A stretch of DNA of 64,000 bases from positions 128,001 to 192,000 of the forward strand of contig CAWJSK010000012.1 in assembly GCA_963845535.1 (NCBI GenBank). Direction: 5' to 3'. Made by a program: the position numbers and the translations under genes. The number at the start of each line of letters is the position of its first letter. The first letter of the stretch is position 1. The notes below the pieces were generated by a model that saw only the letters and a list, made by a program, of their open reading frames with translations, was not told the origin of the DNA and did no database searches. This document shows positions 49,577 through 59,756 of the stretch, piece by piece. The DNA is from an uncultured Spirochaetota bacterium. Its GTDB lineage: Bacteria; Spirochaetota; Spirochaetia; SZUA-6; Fen-1364.

Positions 49577-50434
49577 ATGCAGCCGGGATTGCGCGGCGGC
49601 AGGCTCCTTCTCCTTGTTCCCGCCATCGCGTTCGTGCTTCTCCTGTTCGTCTACCCGTTCCTCTACGGATTGTTTCTCAGCTTCACCACCACGACCGGGA
49701 CCCCGACGCTCGCCAACTACGCGCGGTTCTTCCTCGACCCCTGGGAGCTGCGGACCATCTGGGTGACGCTGTGGATCTCCGTGCCGGCAACGCTCATCAA
49801 CGTGGCGCTGGCCATTCCTTTCGCCGTGTACATGCGCCACGGGATGCGCGGAGAGAAGCTCATCACGTTCTTCCTGATCGTCCCCCTTACGCTGGGGACC
49901 GTGCTCCTCTCCGAGGGGATGCTCACCTACATGGGGCCCAACGGATGGCTGAACCAGCTTCTCCTGGCCATTCATCTTGTCGGAAAGCCGGTCCGCTTCA
50001 CGCACAACTACACCGGCGTGCTGCTTTCCCTTGTCATCCAGGGGTTCCCGTTTGCCTTCCTCATGATCCTGGGCTACGTCTCGGGGATCAACCCGGACCT
50101 GGAAAAAGCAAGCCGCATGCTCGGCGCCTCGCGCCTTTCCACCTTTGCTCGGGTGCTGTTCCCGCTCATGGTGCCGGGGATTGCCATCTGCTTCTGCCTG
50201 AACTTCGTCATGGCGTTCTCCGTGTTCCCCTCCGCCATGCTCCTGGGGGAGCCGTCAGGCCCCACACGCGTCATTGCCATTGCCGCCTGGCAGTGGGCTT
50301 TCGAGAAGTTCGATTTCAACACGGCTTCCGCAATTTCCATGGTCATGGCCGTGATCGAGCTGATCGTCATTTCGGCTGTCCTCGTCTGGAGAAACAGGAT
50401 GTACCGGGGCGCCTCCATGGTGGGAAAAGGATAA
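49577..50434 (+). CDS. ABC permease
   Basis: Hydrophobic; EAA loop LEKASRMLGA. Confidence 0.92.
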   Translation: MQPGLRGGRLLLLVPAIAFVLLLFVYPFLYGLFLSFTTTTGTPTLANYARFFLDPWELRTIWVTLWISVPATLINVALAIPFAVYMRHGMRGEKLITFFLIVPLTLGTVLLSEGMLTYMGPNGWLNQLLLAIHLVGKPVRFTHNYTGVLLSLVIQGFPFAFLMILGYVSGINPDLEKASRMLGASRLSTFARVLFPLMVPGIAICFCLNFVMAFSVFPSAMLLGEPSGPTRVIAIAAWQWAFEKFDFNTASAISMVMAVIELIVISAVLVWRNRMYRGASMVGKG

Positions 50435-50439
50435 AAGCG

Positions 50440-51258
50440 ATGCGGACAAGGAAGGTCACCACGGGCGGTGTGTTCTTTATCCTTGCAATGATCGTGTACG
50501 TCGGGAACGTCCTCGGCATCCTCTTCACCGTCATCCTCAACTCCGCGTCCAAGGGCTGGTATCACGGGCTGCTGCCCAGGATCATCACGGTTGAGTGGTA
50601 CGCCTACGTGGCGGGGGACCACGACATCGCGTACTTGTTGTTCATCACGTTCCTGGTCGCCATCGTCGTTGTTGCCGTCTCCATCCTGATTGCCTTCCCG
50701 GCGGCGTACGTGCTGAGCCGCTCGGAGTTCCGGGGGAAGGGCGCGCTCCTCTCCGTCTTCCTGCTGCCCATGATCGTACCTCCCATGACCTACGGGATCC
50801 CGCTCGCCATGGTGCTGTACAAGTTCCACCTGGCATCCCGGGTCATCGGGGTGATCCTGGCCAACCTCGTGCCCATAGTTCCGTTCGTGATCCTCATCCT
50901 GATGCCGTTCATCGAGCAGGTAAGCGCAAACCTGGAATCAGCGGCGCAGATGCTGGGCGCCCGTCGGTGGACCGTCTTCCGCAAGATCCTTGTGCCGTTG
51001 ACGCTGCCCGGGATGCTCACTGCTGCCATTCTTTCGATTGTAAAGACGATATCGATGTTCGAGCTGACCTATCTCGTTGCGGGGGCCAGGTCCCAGACCA
51101 TCGTGGTTGCGCTCTACGCGGACGCGTACGCCGCCGGCGCCCGTCCTCCCCAGGCCGTGGACGCCCTGGCAGTCATCTACTTCCTCACCACGATGGTCTG
51201 CCTCGTGGTAGCGCTGCGCTTCGTCAGCCCCACTCAGATGGTGTTCAAGATCAAGTAG
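50440..51258 (+). CDS. ABC permease
   Basis: Start MRTRKV; EAA loop LESAAQMLGA. Confidence 0.92.
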   Translation: MRTRKVTTGGVFFILAMIVYVGNVLGILFTVILNSASKGWYHGLLPRIITVEWYAYVAGDHDIAYLLFITFLVAIVVVAVSILIAFPAAYVLSRSEFRGKGALLSVFLLPMIVPPMTYGIPLAMVLYKFHLASRVIGVILANLVPIVPFVILILMPFIEQVSANLESAAQMLGARRWTVFRKILVPLTLPGMLTAAILSIVKTISMFELTYLVAGARSQTIVVALYADAYAAGARPPQAVDALAVIYFLTTMVCLVVALRFVSPTQMVFKIK

Positions 51259-51263
51259 GCCGC

Positions 51264-52019
51264 TCAGCCGGGCTTGGCCGCCCTATGGCAGCCTATCATC
51301 CCCGCCAGGATCGTCTTGCTGGATATGTCGCGGTAGCCCAAAGATGCAAGCACCCGGGAGAGCTCTTCAGCGGAATAGAACATTGACAGCGTGCTGATGA
51401 AGTAGCGCTTGCATTCCAGGGCGGGAGGACCGCTTCGGAAGAGGAAGCCGGTGAACGCGAGCGAAAACCGCAGGTAGGCGAAATAGAGCTTTTCCAGGGT
51501 CTGGTTCCCGGGGCGCAGCATGTCGCAGTGATGAAACCGTCCACCCGGCTTGAGCACGCGGTGGATTTCGGAGAACACGCGGTCCACGCGCAGGTGACGG
51601 GACGCGTATTGCAGCGTGACGATGTCGAAATGGTTGTCGGGATACGGGAGGGCGTGCGCGTCCCCCACGGTCCCGTGGATGGCAAAGCCAAGGGACTGCG
51701 CCCGGGCCCGGCCCACCTCCTGCATTTCGGCGCTCCTGTCGATGGCGTGGACCTCGAGGTTCGGCTCGCGCTTCAGGAGCGCAATGCCCACGGCGTTCGT
51801 GCCGGCGCACACGTCCAGGACCCGCTGCCCGGGGCGCACGTCAATGATGGACATGAAGACTGCCAGGAACCATTTCCACAGGCCGAGGCTGGCAACATTG
51901 TTGGCGCGGTCGTAGTACGGGGCGACGTCGGCAAACACCGCGCCCAGCTGCTGGTTCCACACTGTGCGGAACCGCTCCTCACGCTTTTGCTCCCGAATGG
52001 CAAGAGGTGGCGGACTCAT
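51264..52019 (-). CDS. UbiE/MenG-family SAM methyltransferase
   Basis: FADVAPYYDRAN, VLDVCAGT, LPYPDNHFD, RVLKPGG. Confidence 0.88.
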   Translation of the reverse strand: MSPPPLAIREQKREERFRTVWNQQLGAVFADVAPYYDRANNVASLGLWKWFLAVFMSIIDVRPGQRVLDVCAGTNAVGIALLKREPNLEVHAIDRSAEMQEVGRARAQSLGFAIHGTVGDAHALPYPDNHFDIVTLQYASRHLRVDRVFSEIHRVLKPGGRFHHCDMLRPGNQTLEKLYFAYLRFSLAFTGFLFRSGPPALECKRYFISTLSMFYSAEELSRVLASLGYRDISSKTILAGMIGCHRAAKPG

Positions 52020-52039
52020 ATGACGGCTGACTCCATCAC

Positions 52040-52073
52040 AAGTTAGAATCGAATCAACCTGAAGTCAAGTTGA
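52040..52073 (-). promoter_or_regulatory. Promoter with inverted repeat over the -35 element
   Basis: TTGACT-N17-TAACTT; TCAACCTGA-AG-TCAAGTTGA (52054-52073). Confidence 0.55.
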
Positions 52074-52182
52074 AGCGGTTCGCCCTGGCGGCGCATTCAT
52101 CGAGCGTGCCACGCCTTGGCACGGACGAGCTGCGCACGTTGTCGTCTGCTCGGTCGCAGTCTATGTTAAGGAGGGAGGAATC

Positions 52183-53181
52183 ATGGAGAAGCATCGACTA
52201 GGGGCCCGGGGGCCCGAAGTATCAGTTGTCGGTCTTGGCTGCATGGCCATGTCCGGCACATATGGTCCCACGGAGGATGCAGAGAGCATCGCCACCATTC
52301 GCGAAGCCATGGAGCGGGGAGTGACACTGCTTGATACCGGGGACTTCTACGGGAAGGGCCACAACGAGCTTCTTTTGAGAGAGGCGCTCAAGAGCGGAAA
52401 AAGGGACCAAGTCTTCCTGCAGGTGAAGTTCGGCGCACAACTGGAGCCTTCGGGCCGCTTCATCGGCTTTGACGGACGCCCGGCTTCCGTCAAGACATTC
52501 CTCACCTATACGCTGACGCGGTTGGGAACGGACTATGTGGACCTTTACCAGCCCGCACGTTTGGATCCCCTCGTACCGATCGAGGAGACGGTCGGCGCCC
52601 TTGCCGACATGGTGAAAGCGGGCTACGTGCGCTTTATCGGGCTATCGGAGATGGGAGCGGCAACGATAAGACGCGCGCACGCCGTTCACCCCATCACCGC
52701 ACTGCAGATCGAGTACTCACTCATGAGCAGGAGCATTGAAAAAGAGATTCTTCCCGCCGTCCGGGAGCTGGGGATAGGCGTGACCGCATACGGTATTCTT
52801 TCGCGCGGGCTTCTCGCGCGCACGGGATCGCCGCAATCAGGGAAAAGTGATATCCGTGGCCGGTTTCCGCGGTTCCAGGGAGAAAACCTCGCGCGAAATC
52901 TCCGCCTGGTCCACGTCCTTGAGACGCTTGCGAAACGGAAAGGGACCACGACGGCGCGGCTGGCCTGCGCATGGGTCCTTTCTCGCGGCGACGACATCAT
53001 CCCGCTCCTCGGGGCAAGAAACAGGCAGCAGTTGCGTGACTCTCTTGGCGCTCTCGACCTCTCCCTCACAATGGCAGACGTGGAAGAGATCGAAAAGGCG
53101 GTCCCTGCCGCGGAAGTTGCCGGGGGACGCTACGATGAGGCAGCCATGTCCAGCTTGGACAGCGAGCGGACGAAGGCATAG
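52183..53181 (+). CDS. Aldo/keto reductase
   Basis: GLGCMAMS, LDTGDFYG, VKFG, QIEYSL. Confidence 0.93.
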   Translation: MEKHRLGARGPEVSVVGLGCMAMSGTYGPTEDAESIATIREAMERGVTLLDTGDFYGKGHNELLLREALKSGKRDQVFLQVKFGAQLEPSGRFIGFDGRPASVKTFLTYTLTRLGTDYVDLYQPARLDPLVPIEETVGALADMVKAGYVRFIGLSEMGAATIRRAHAVHPITALQIEYSLMSRSIEKEILPAVRELGIGVTAYGILSRGLLARTGSPQSGKSDIRGRFPRFQGENLARNLRLVHVLETLAKRKGTTTARLACAWVLSRGDDIIPLLGARNRQQLRDSLGALDLSLTMADVEEIEKAVPAAEVAGGRYDEAAMSSLDSERTKA

Positions 53182-53208
53182 AAGCACGGCGTCCGGTGCT
53201 CCCGGAAG

Positions 53209-54177
53209 CTACACTTGGAGGAGCACCTTGCCCATGGACATTCGCCCCTCGAGATACTTGTGCGCGCTTGAGGCGTCGGAGAGCCGAAACACCTTATCGA
53301 TCCTCAGCTCGATCTCCTTGCGGCTGATCCACCCCAGGATGTCGCCGGACCGCTGGAGCAGCTCATCACGGGCGGAGACGTAGTTGGCCAAGGTGGGCCT
53401 GGTGAGGAACAGGGAGCCCTTGCGGTTCAACAGGAGCGGATCAAAGGGAGCTACGGGACCGCTGGATTGGCCGAAGAGCACCATCATGCCGCGGGGCCGG
53501 AGGCAGCCTAGGCTTTTTTCGAACGTCGCCTGGCCTACGGAATCATACACCACGTCCACGCCTCGGCCGTTGGTCAGCCGCCTGGCCTCCGCCTCGAAAT
53601 CCGCGCTTGTGTAGATGATCACATCCGATGCTCCGGCCGTGCGTGCCAGTTCCGCCTTTTCCTCAGTGGAAGCTGTCCCAATGACGCGCGCGCCGCGCAG
53701 GCGCGCGATCTGGGTAAGGAGCCTCCCGGTTCCTCCCGCGGCGGCATGGACCAGCGCCGTGTGCCCGGCGCTGAGCGGGAACGCGCTGACCGCCAGATAG
53801 TGGGCAGTCATGCCCTGCAGCATGGCCGCGGCGGCGAGCCGCGTCTCAATGGCGGCAGGGACCTGCACGAGGTACGCCGAGCGGATGACGGCATACTCGG
53901 CGTACGAGCCGCTCTGCATGGCCCATGCCACGCGGTCTCCCACCTTGACCTCGGTGACCCCGCTGCCAACAGCGTCCACCACACCGGCTCCTTCATCCCC
54001 GAGGATCCGCGGGAGCTGTCCCTTGTACAGCCCTTTTCGGCCATAAATGTCGATGAAGTTCACCCCGGCGTACTCCAGGCGGACACGCGCTTCGCCAAGA
54101 CCGGGCTTGGGCGTCTCCACCTCTTCCAGGCGCAGGACATCCGGGCCGCCGTTCTCTCTCATGAGCACTGCTTTCAT
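53209..54177 (-). CDS. qor: NADPH:quinone oxidoreductase (zeta-crystallin family)
   Basis: [37 protein letters not shown]. Confidence 0.92.
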   Translation of the reverse strand: MKAVLMRENGGPDVLRLEEVETPKPGLGEARVRLEYAGVNFIDIYGRKGLYKGQLPRILGDEGAGVVDAVGSGVTEVKVGDRVAWAMQSGSYAEYAVIRSAYLVQVPAAIETRLAAAAMLQGMTAHYLAVSAFPLSAGHTALVHAAAGGTGRLLTQIARLRGARVIGTASTEEKAELARTAGASDVIIYTSADFEAEARRLTNGRGVDVVYDSVGQATFEKSLGCLRPRGMMVLFGQSSGPVAPFDPLLLNRKGSLFLTRPTLANYVSARDELLQRSGDILGWISRKEIELRIDKVFRLSDASSAHKYLEGRMSMGKVLLQV

Positions 54178-54227
54178 GACGACCTCCCTTTTCCGTATGG
54201 CACTTTCCTGAAACCTACCATACAACA

Positions 54228-54330
54228 CAACCGCCGGCGTCGGCCATTGCAACCCCGCTCCCATTCAACCGCGGCGTCGGCCATTACAACCGGCGGCGTC
54301 GGCTATCAGAACCGGCGGTCCCGGCTATTC
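54228..54330 (+). repeat. Imperfect ~22-bp tandem repeat (5 units)
   Basis: CAACCGCCGGCGTCGGCCATTG / CAACCCCGCTCCCATT / CAACCGCGGCGTCGGCCATTA / CAACCGGCGGCGTCGGCTATCA / GAACCGGCGGTCCCGGCTATTC. Confidence 0.8.
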
Positions 54331-54362
54331 TCCCACGGCTTCCAAGCGTGCTATAAGGAGCC

Positions 54363-55271
54363 ATGCGTCGCACTGGAAGGGCTGACCTCATCACGGCCCT
54401 CACAATCTCCCTTGTGCTCTGGGCGTCCGCGTTCGCGGGGATCCGCTTGGGGCTGCGTGGGTTCGGTCCGGGACAGCTTGCGCTCCTTCGGTTCAGCATT
54501 GCGTCTTTGTCCCTGCTCGTCTACGCGCTCGTCACACGGCTTCCCCTGCCTGCGCTGAGGGACCTTCCCATGCTCTTCCTCATGGGCTTCCTGGGGTTCA
54601 CGGTCTACCACGTCGGCCTCAACGCGGGGGAAGTTGCCGTTCCCGCGGGCGCGGCAAGCTTCATCATTGCCTCCGTGCCGGTCTTCTCCACGCTTTTGGC
54701 CGTCATCTTCCTCCGGGAGCGGCTGACAGCCATAGGCTGGACCGGTGTCGCCATCAGTTTCCTCGGTGTGGCCGTGATTTCCGTCGGCACCGGCACGGGG
54801 TTGAAGTTCGAGCCCGCGGCGCTTTTCATCGTCCTTGCCGCCGTCGGCGAAAGCCTCTACTTCGTCATCCAGAAGCCGTTTCTTTCGCGCTATACGGGGC
54901 TCCAGCTCACGACGTACACCATCTGGACCGGCACGGTGTTCATGCTGGTGTATCTGCCGGGTCTCATCAGCCAACTGGGCCACGCGCCACTGGCATCCAC
55001 ACTGGCCGTGGCGTATCTGGGGATTTTCCCCGCGGCCATCGGGTACGTGCTGTGGTCTTTCGCGCTCTCACGGGCGGACGTCTCCCGGGTGACCAGCACC
55101 CTGAACCTTTCTCCCATCCTTTCCCTCGTCATTGCGTTCCTGGTTCTCGGTGAAGTGCCGACCGTTCTTTCCTTGGTCGGCGGCCTCATCACGGTTGCAG
55201 GCGTCATTCTTCTGAACACGCTCGGCAAGACAAAACAGCCCTCCGTCCCGCGCAGGGCGCATAGCGAGTGA
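54363..55271 (+). CDS. DMT/EamA family transporter
   Basis: About 10 TM segments; LWASAF, LLRF, two EamA repeats. Confidence 0.92.
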   Translation: MRRTGRADLITALTISLVLWASAFAGIRLGLRGFGPGQLALLRFSIASLSLLVYALVTRLPLPALRDLPMLFLMGFLGFTVYHVGLNAGEVAVPAGAASFIIASVPVFSTLLAVIFLRERLTAIGWTGVAISFLGVAVISVGTGTGLKFEPAALFIVLAAVGESLYFVIQKPFLSRYTGLQLTTYTIWTGTVFMLVYLPGLISQLGHAPLASTLAVAYLGIFPAAIGYVLWSFALSRADVSRVTSTLNLSPILSLVIAFLVLGEVPTVLSLVGGLITVAGVILLNTLGKTKQPSVPRRAHSE

Positions 55272-58231
55272 AAACCGCGGCGGCGCACGGCTCATCCGTC
55301 ACGCTTCGCCAGGCGCTCCAGTACCAGCCGGTGGAGCTCGAGTTCGGAACGAGCGGCCTGCGCGGGCTCGTGAAGGACATCACCGACCTCGAAGCGTACG
55401 TCGCCACGCGGGCATTCCTGCAGTTTCTCCGGGAAGCGGGGGATGCCCGGGCGGGCGGGAACGTGTTCATTGCCGGGGACCTGCGCCCCAGCACCGGAAC
55501 CATCATGGTCCCGGTCTGCAGGGCTGCCGCGGATGCAGGCTTCTCCGCTGTCCTGCTGGGCCGCATTCCCTCCCCAGCCCTCCTGCTCTACGCAATCAAG
55601 CGCGGGTGCCCGAGCATCATGGTCACCGGCAGTCACATCCCCTTCGACCGCAACGGCATCAAGCTGAACAGAAAAGGCGGCGAGGTCCGAAAGGCGGATG
55701 AGCAACCCATACGCGCCGCGCAGAAACGCCTCCGCGAGGCGGAGTACGGCAGGCCCCTGGCGAAGAGCATGTTTGATGAACGCGGGGCGCTTCGGGCGGC
55801 ATTTCGAAGCGCCCTGCCCGCGGAGGTTCCAGAAGCGGCATCAGAGTACCTCCGGCGCTACGCGGAGGCCTTCCCGCGCGGCGCGTTGAACGGAAAGAGA
55901 GTCCTCGTGTACCAGCATTCCGCGGTGGGCCGGGATCTCCTTGTCCAGGCGCTGGAGAACCTCGGAGCCATCGTGGTATCCGCCGGGCGAAGCGAGACGT
56001 TCGTTCCCGTGGACACGGAGGCGGTGAACGAGGAGATGCTCCGCCAGATTCAGGACCTCGTGGATGCCAACGGCGGCGCTCCGCTTGACGCGGTGGTCTC
56101 CACGGATGGGGACAGCGACAGGCCGTTGGTGCTCGGTGTTGACGGCGGGAAGGTCAGCTTCTACCCCGGGGACATCCTGGGCATCGTGACCGCGGACTTC
56201 GTTGGCGCGCGGGAGATTGCGGTGCCCATCAGCGTCAACGACGCGGTGGACGCTCATTTTGCCCGCCGAGGGATCAAAGCGGTGAAGACGCGCATCGGGT
56301 CGCCATATGTGATCGATGCAATGAAGCAGGTGGGCTGGGAGGCGAACGGCGGGTTCTTGACCGCCGCGCCCGTTGCCGTTCCCGGGGGCGGAACGCTTGA
56401 CGCCCTTCCCACGCGGGACGCTCTGCTTCCCATCCTTTCGGCGCTGTGCGCCTCCCTGGGCAGGGGGGAAACTCTCACGGCGCTTTTTTCGCGGTTGCCG
56501 CCGCGCTTTGGAAAATCGGGCCTGCTGCGGGATTTCCCCCGTGACAAGGCGCTGAAAATCATGAGGCGCTTCTCCGTTACTGATCCCTCCGTTTTCGAAG
56601 CCCGGCGGGGTCCGTCCGGGCAGTGGTCGGTCCTTCGCGCGGATTCAACCGCGGACAACCTTGGAGAATCAGATCCACTCGCGCGCTCCCTTCGGGAGAT
56701 CTGCGGGGACCTGAGCGCGTTCTTCACGCCAGGGGATGGCTTCGGCTACGTAGCGTGGATCAACTGGCAGGACGGCGTACGGGTCGGGTTTGAAAGCGGA
56801 GATGTCGCGCATATCAGACCTTCGGGGAATGCCCCCGAGCTGCGCATGTACGCCAACGCGGGAACACCGCGGAGGGCTGAGGCAATCGTAAGGCTTGGAA
56901 CATCGGACAGCGGAATTCTGAGACGCCTTGCCGCTGCCGTGGATGAGCGCCAGGCAATCGACCTGTTCCGTGCCGCTCCCCGGGCAGTGCTGCTCGAATG
57001 CCCAGTACAGCACTATGCATGGGGAGGTTATGATTTCATTCCGTCGCTCCTCGGCAAGGGAAACCCCGGGCGGGTCCCCTACGCCGAGCTGTGGATCGGC
57101 GCGCATCCCCTTGCTCCGTCGAGCGCAACCGTTGACGGCGCCAAGGTCCGCCTGGATCAGCTTCTGTCGGGCGCGCCGGAAGCTCTGGGTGACCGGGATG
57201 CCGCACGTTTCAGGGGCAGGCTTCCCTTCCTGATGAAGGTGCTGGACGCCCGAACCATGCTCTCCATCCAGGCGCATCCCTCACGCGAACAGGCGGCGGC
57301 CGGGTTCGCGCGTGAGAACGCCGCCGGAGTTCCGCTCCAGGCGCCCGAGCGGCTCTACAAGGACGACAACCACAAGCCCGAGGCGCACGTGGCGCTCACC
57401 GAGTTCTGGATGCTGCACGGCTTCCGCCCGCTGGAGGAGATCGGGATGATCCTTGAAGGCATCCCCGAGCTCGGCGCCGCCATGCCTGATTTCACCACAC
57501 GGCTTCGCTCAGCGGGGCGGCAGCCCGAAGAGCGGGAACGGCTCCTGCGGGAGCTCTATTCCGCCGTGATGACCATGGCGCAGGATCGAGTGGATGATCT
57601 TCTTTCACCGCTTCTCAGCCGGCTCACCGCGCGGGATGGCACACGGACCATGGACAAGGACACCCCTGATTTCTGGGCGATGCGCGCAGCGCGCGAGCTG
57701 CCTCTCCCCGGCGGTCACAGGGACCGGGGGATCTTTTCGATCTATCTGCTCAACCTTCTCCATCTGCACCCGGGCCAGGGTACATACCAGCCCGCCGGCA
57801 CTCTTCATGCGTACCTGGAGGGCACGAACATCGAGGTGATGGCGAGCTCGGACAACGTGCTGCGCGGCGGGCTCACCCCCAAGAGCGTGGAGGTGGGGGA
57901 GCTGCTTCGGACCGTCTCCTATGCGGACGGGCGGCCGCCCGTGTTGACGGGCCGGGAGATCTCCCCGGGAGTGCGCGCCTATGAGACCGCGGCGGAGGAG
58001 TTCGTCCTGGATCGCATTGACCTTGCGGCCAACGCCCCTCTGCGTGTCGGCGCGGAACACGGGGTGGAATGCTTCATCACCGTGGAAGGGTCCGCCCGCC
58101 TGGGATGTGCCCGGCGGGAGCTCACGATGGATCGGGGCACTGCGGCCATGGTCCCCGCGGGGACTCCCTACGATGTTCGAGCCACGGCCGCCGGCGCGCT
58201 GCTTTTCAGGTCCAGGATACCGGGCGCTTAG
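55268..58231 (+). CDS. Fused phosphomannomutase and type I mannose-6-phosphate isomerase
   Basis: N-terminal FGTSGLRG, TGSH, DGDSDR, GWEANGG, RPSGNAPE; C-terminal QHYAWG, AELWIG, LSIQAHP, YKDDNHKPE, HAYLEG, SDNVLRGGLTPK. Confidence 0.93.
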   Translation: MKTAAAHGSSVTLRQALQYQPVELEFGTSGLRGLVKDITDLEAYVATRAFLQFLREAGDARAGGNVFIAGDLRPSTGTIMVPVCRAAADAGFSAVLLGRIPSPALLLYAIKRGCPSIMVTGSHIPFDRNGIKLNRKGGEVRKADEQPIRAAQKRLREAEYGRPLAKSMFDERGALRAAFRSALPAEVPEAASEYLRRYAEAFPRGALNGKRVLVYQHSAVGRDLLVQALENLGAIVVSAGRSETFVPVDTEAVNEEMLRQIQDLVDANGGAPLDAVVSTDGDSDRPLVLGVDGGKVSFYPGDILGIVTADFVGAREIAVPISVNDAVDAHFARRGIKAVKTRIGSPYVIDAMKQVGWEANGGFLTAAPVAVPGGGTLDALPTRDALLPILSALCASLGRGETLTALFSRLPPRFGKSGLLRDFPRDKALKIMRRFSVTDPSVFEARRGPSGQWSVLRADSTADNLGESDPLARSLREICGDLSAFFTPGDGFGYVAWINWQDGVRVGFESGDVAHIRPSGNAPELRMYANAGTPRRAEAIVRLGTSDSGILRRLAAAVDERQAIDLFRAAPRAVLLECPVQHYAWGGYDFIPSLLGKGNPGRVPYAELWIGAHPLAPSSATVDGAKVRLDQLLSGAPEALGDRDAARFRGRLPFLMKVLDARTMLSIQAHPSREQAAAGFARENAAGVPLQAPERLYKDDNHKPEAHVALTEFWMLHGFRPLEEIGMILEGIPELGAAMPDFTTRLRSAGRQPEERERLLRELYSAVMTMAQDRVDDLLSPLLSRLTARDGTRTMDKDTPDFWAMRAARELPLPGGHRDRGIFSIYLLNLLHLHPGQGTYQPAGTLHAYLEGTNIEVMASSDNVLRGGLTPKSVEVGELLRTVSYADGRPPVLTGREISPGVRAYETAAEEFVLDRIDLAANAPLRVGAEHGVECFITVEGSARLGCARRELTMDRGTAAMVPAGTPYDVRATAAGALLFRSRIPGA

Positions 58232-58277
58232 CCGGCGCGCGCCGCGCTGGCGAGGCCTCCCGCGGAGCGCCGGCTCC

Positions 58278-59374
58278 TCACACGAACCTGCCGCCGAACT
58301 TCTCCGCCACCAAGCCCTGGAGCTTCTTGATCTCCTCAGCCTTGTCCCGACGGCACACGAGAGTTGCGTCCGGTGTGTGGATCACAACGAGGTCCTCACA
58401 GCCGAGGACCGCAACGAGGTGCAGAGGGTCGCTTGAGGCCACGATCGTTCCCCGCGTGTCCAGGAGGAGGCTCGTTTCAGCGGCCCGCCGATTCCCCGCT
58501 TCATCCGCGCCGCAGGTCTCCGCGAAGGCAGGCCACGAGCCCACGTCCAGCCACGAGAGGTCCATGGGGATGGCGGCCACCCTCACCTGCGGGTCACGGG
58601 AGGCTTTCTCCATGACGGCAAAGTCCACGCTGATCTTGCGAAGCAAAGGGTAGGCAGCCCCGATCACCGCGGAGAATTGCGCCGTCCCCCAGGCATCCGC
58701 AATCCGGGAAAGGACGGCGGAGGTCTCCGGCTCATAGCGGCGGATGCAGTCCAGGAAGACGGAAGCTTTCCATACGAACATCCCACTGTTCCACAGGAAC
58801 CGCGACGGCCCCGACGCCACCCACTGCTCCGCGGTGGCCTTGTCAGGCTTCTCGCGGAACTGCTCCACAATCCTGGCGCTTCCGCCGAGCCGCGTTCCCA
58901 GGCTGAGGTAGCCGTAGCTCGTTGCTGCGCGCCGCGGGGTCACCCCGAAAGTGACAAGGACATTCTTCTCCTGCTCCGCCAGCTCGTACCCGCTCTCCAC
59001 GACCTCCCGGAACCTGCCCGCCGGCTCGATGATGTGGTCAGCCGTGAAAACCCCGATGGTGGCGTCAGGGTCCGCGCGCGCGACAACCGCGGCAGCGTAC
59101 CCGAGCGCGGCAAGGGTGTCCCGGCCCGTTGGTTCCCCGAGGAACTGCCCGGGGCCCAGGCCGCCAGGATCCTTCGCGATGAGGTTCGCGCTGGTTGTCC
59201 GCCGCGCACACGAGCCGCCGACGCGGTTCGACCAATCCTTCCAGGCGCTCCCAGGAATGCCGCAGGAGGCTCTTCCCGCCAATGAAAGGCAGAAGTTGCT
59301 TTGGCAGGGAATGCCCTGCTCATGGGCCACAGCCGGGTGCCTGAGCCTCCGGCAAGGATCACCGCGTAGCGCAT
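58278..59374 (-). CDS. manC: Mannose-1-phosphate guanylyltransferase (frameshifts near 59310 and 59185)
   Basis: ILAGGSGTRLWPMSR, then PKQLL, EPTGRDT, ADH, YGY, FREKP, WNSGMF, ISVDFAVMEK, WLDVGSW. Confidence 0.9.
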
Positions 59375-59427
59375 CTCTCACCTCGCTGACTGTCACCCAC
59401 CATACAACGAGACGAAGACGGCGTTCC

Positions 59428-59756
59428 ATGGGCTGGAGACGTTCGTTTGTCTCACGGGAGATACTGGAACGCATGCAGTCACGAGTCGCAGCAGGTCAGG
59501 AAAGGATCGACAATAAAATCTTTCAGGAAATGCTGCAGCGGGCAACCGACGGCGTCGTCTCCCTGGGAAACGCGAAGCCCGGGGACAAGACGTGGACGCT
59601 TTGGCGCCGGCGCTCGAATCGTACGCAGCAGCCTGCGCCGCGGGAGCCGATTTCCCCACCGCCCCGGCGGCAATGGCCGCGGCTGCGGAGAGAGGCAAGG
59701 AATCCACCCGAGCCATGGGGCGCTCCATGACCACTCTTCTCAACGCGCTGGCGTGA
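59428..59756 (+). pseudogene. Truncated DAK2/DhaL (dihydroxyacetone kinase L subunit) remnant
   Basis: GVVSLGNAKPGDKT, then in a shifted frame VDALAPALE...AMAAAAERGKESTRAM; lacks the N-terminal GDGD and the C-terminal GRA..D.GA segments. Confidence 0.7.

Noticed and set aside
54228..54330. Possible mini-CRISPR array
   Set aside because: Repeats are contiguous and degenerate, with no unique spacers and no cas genes.
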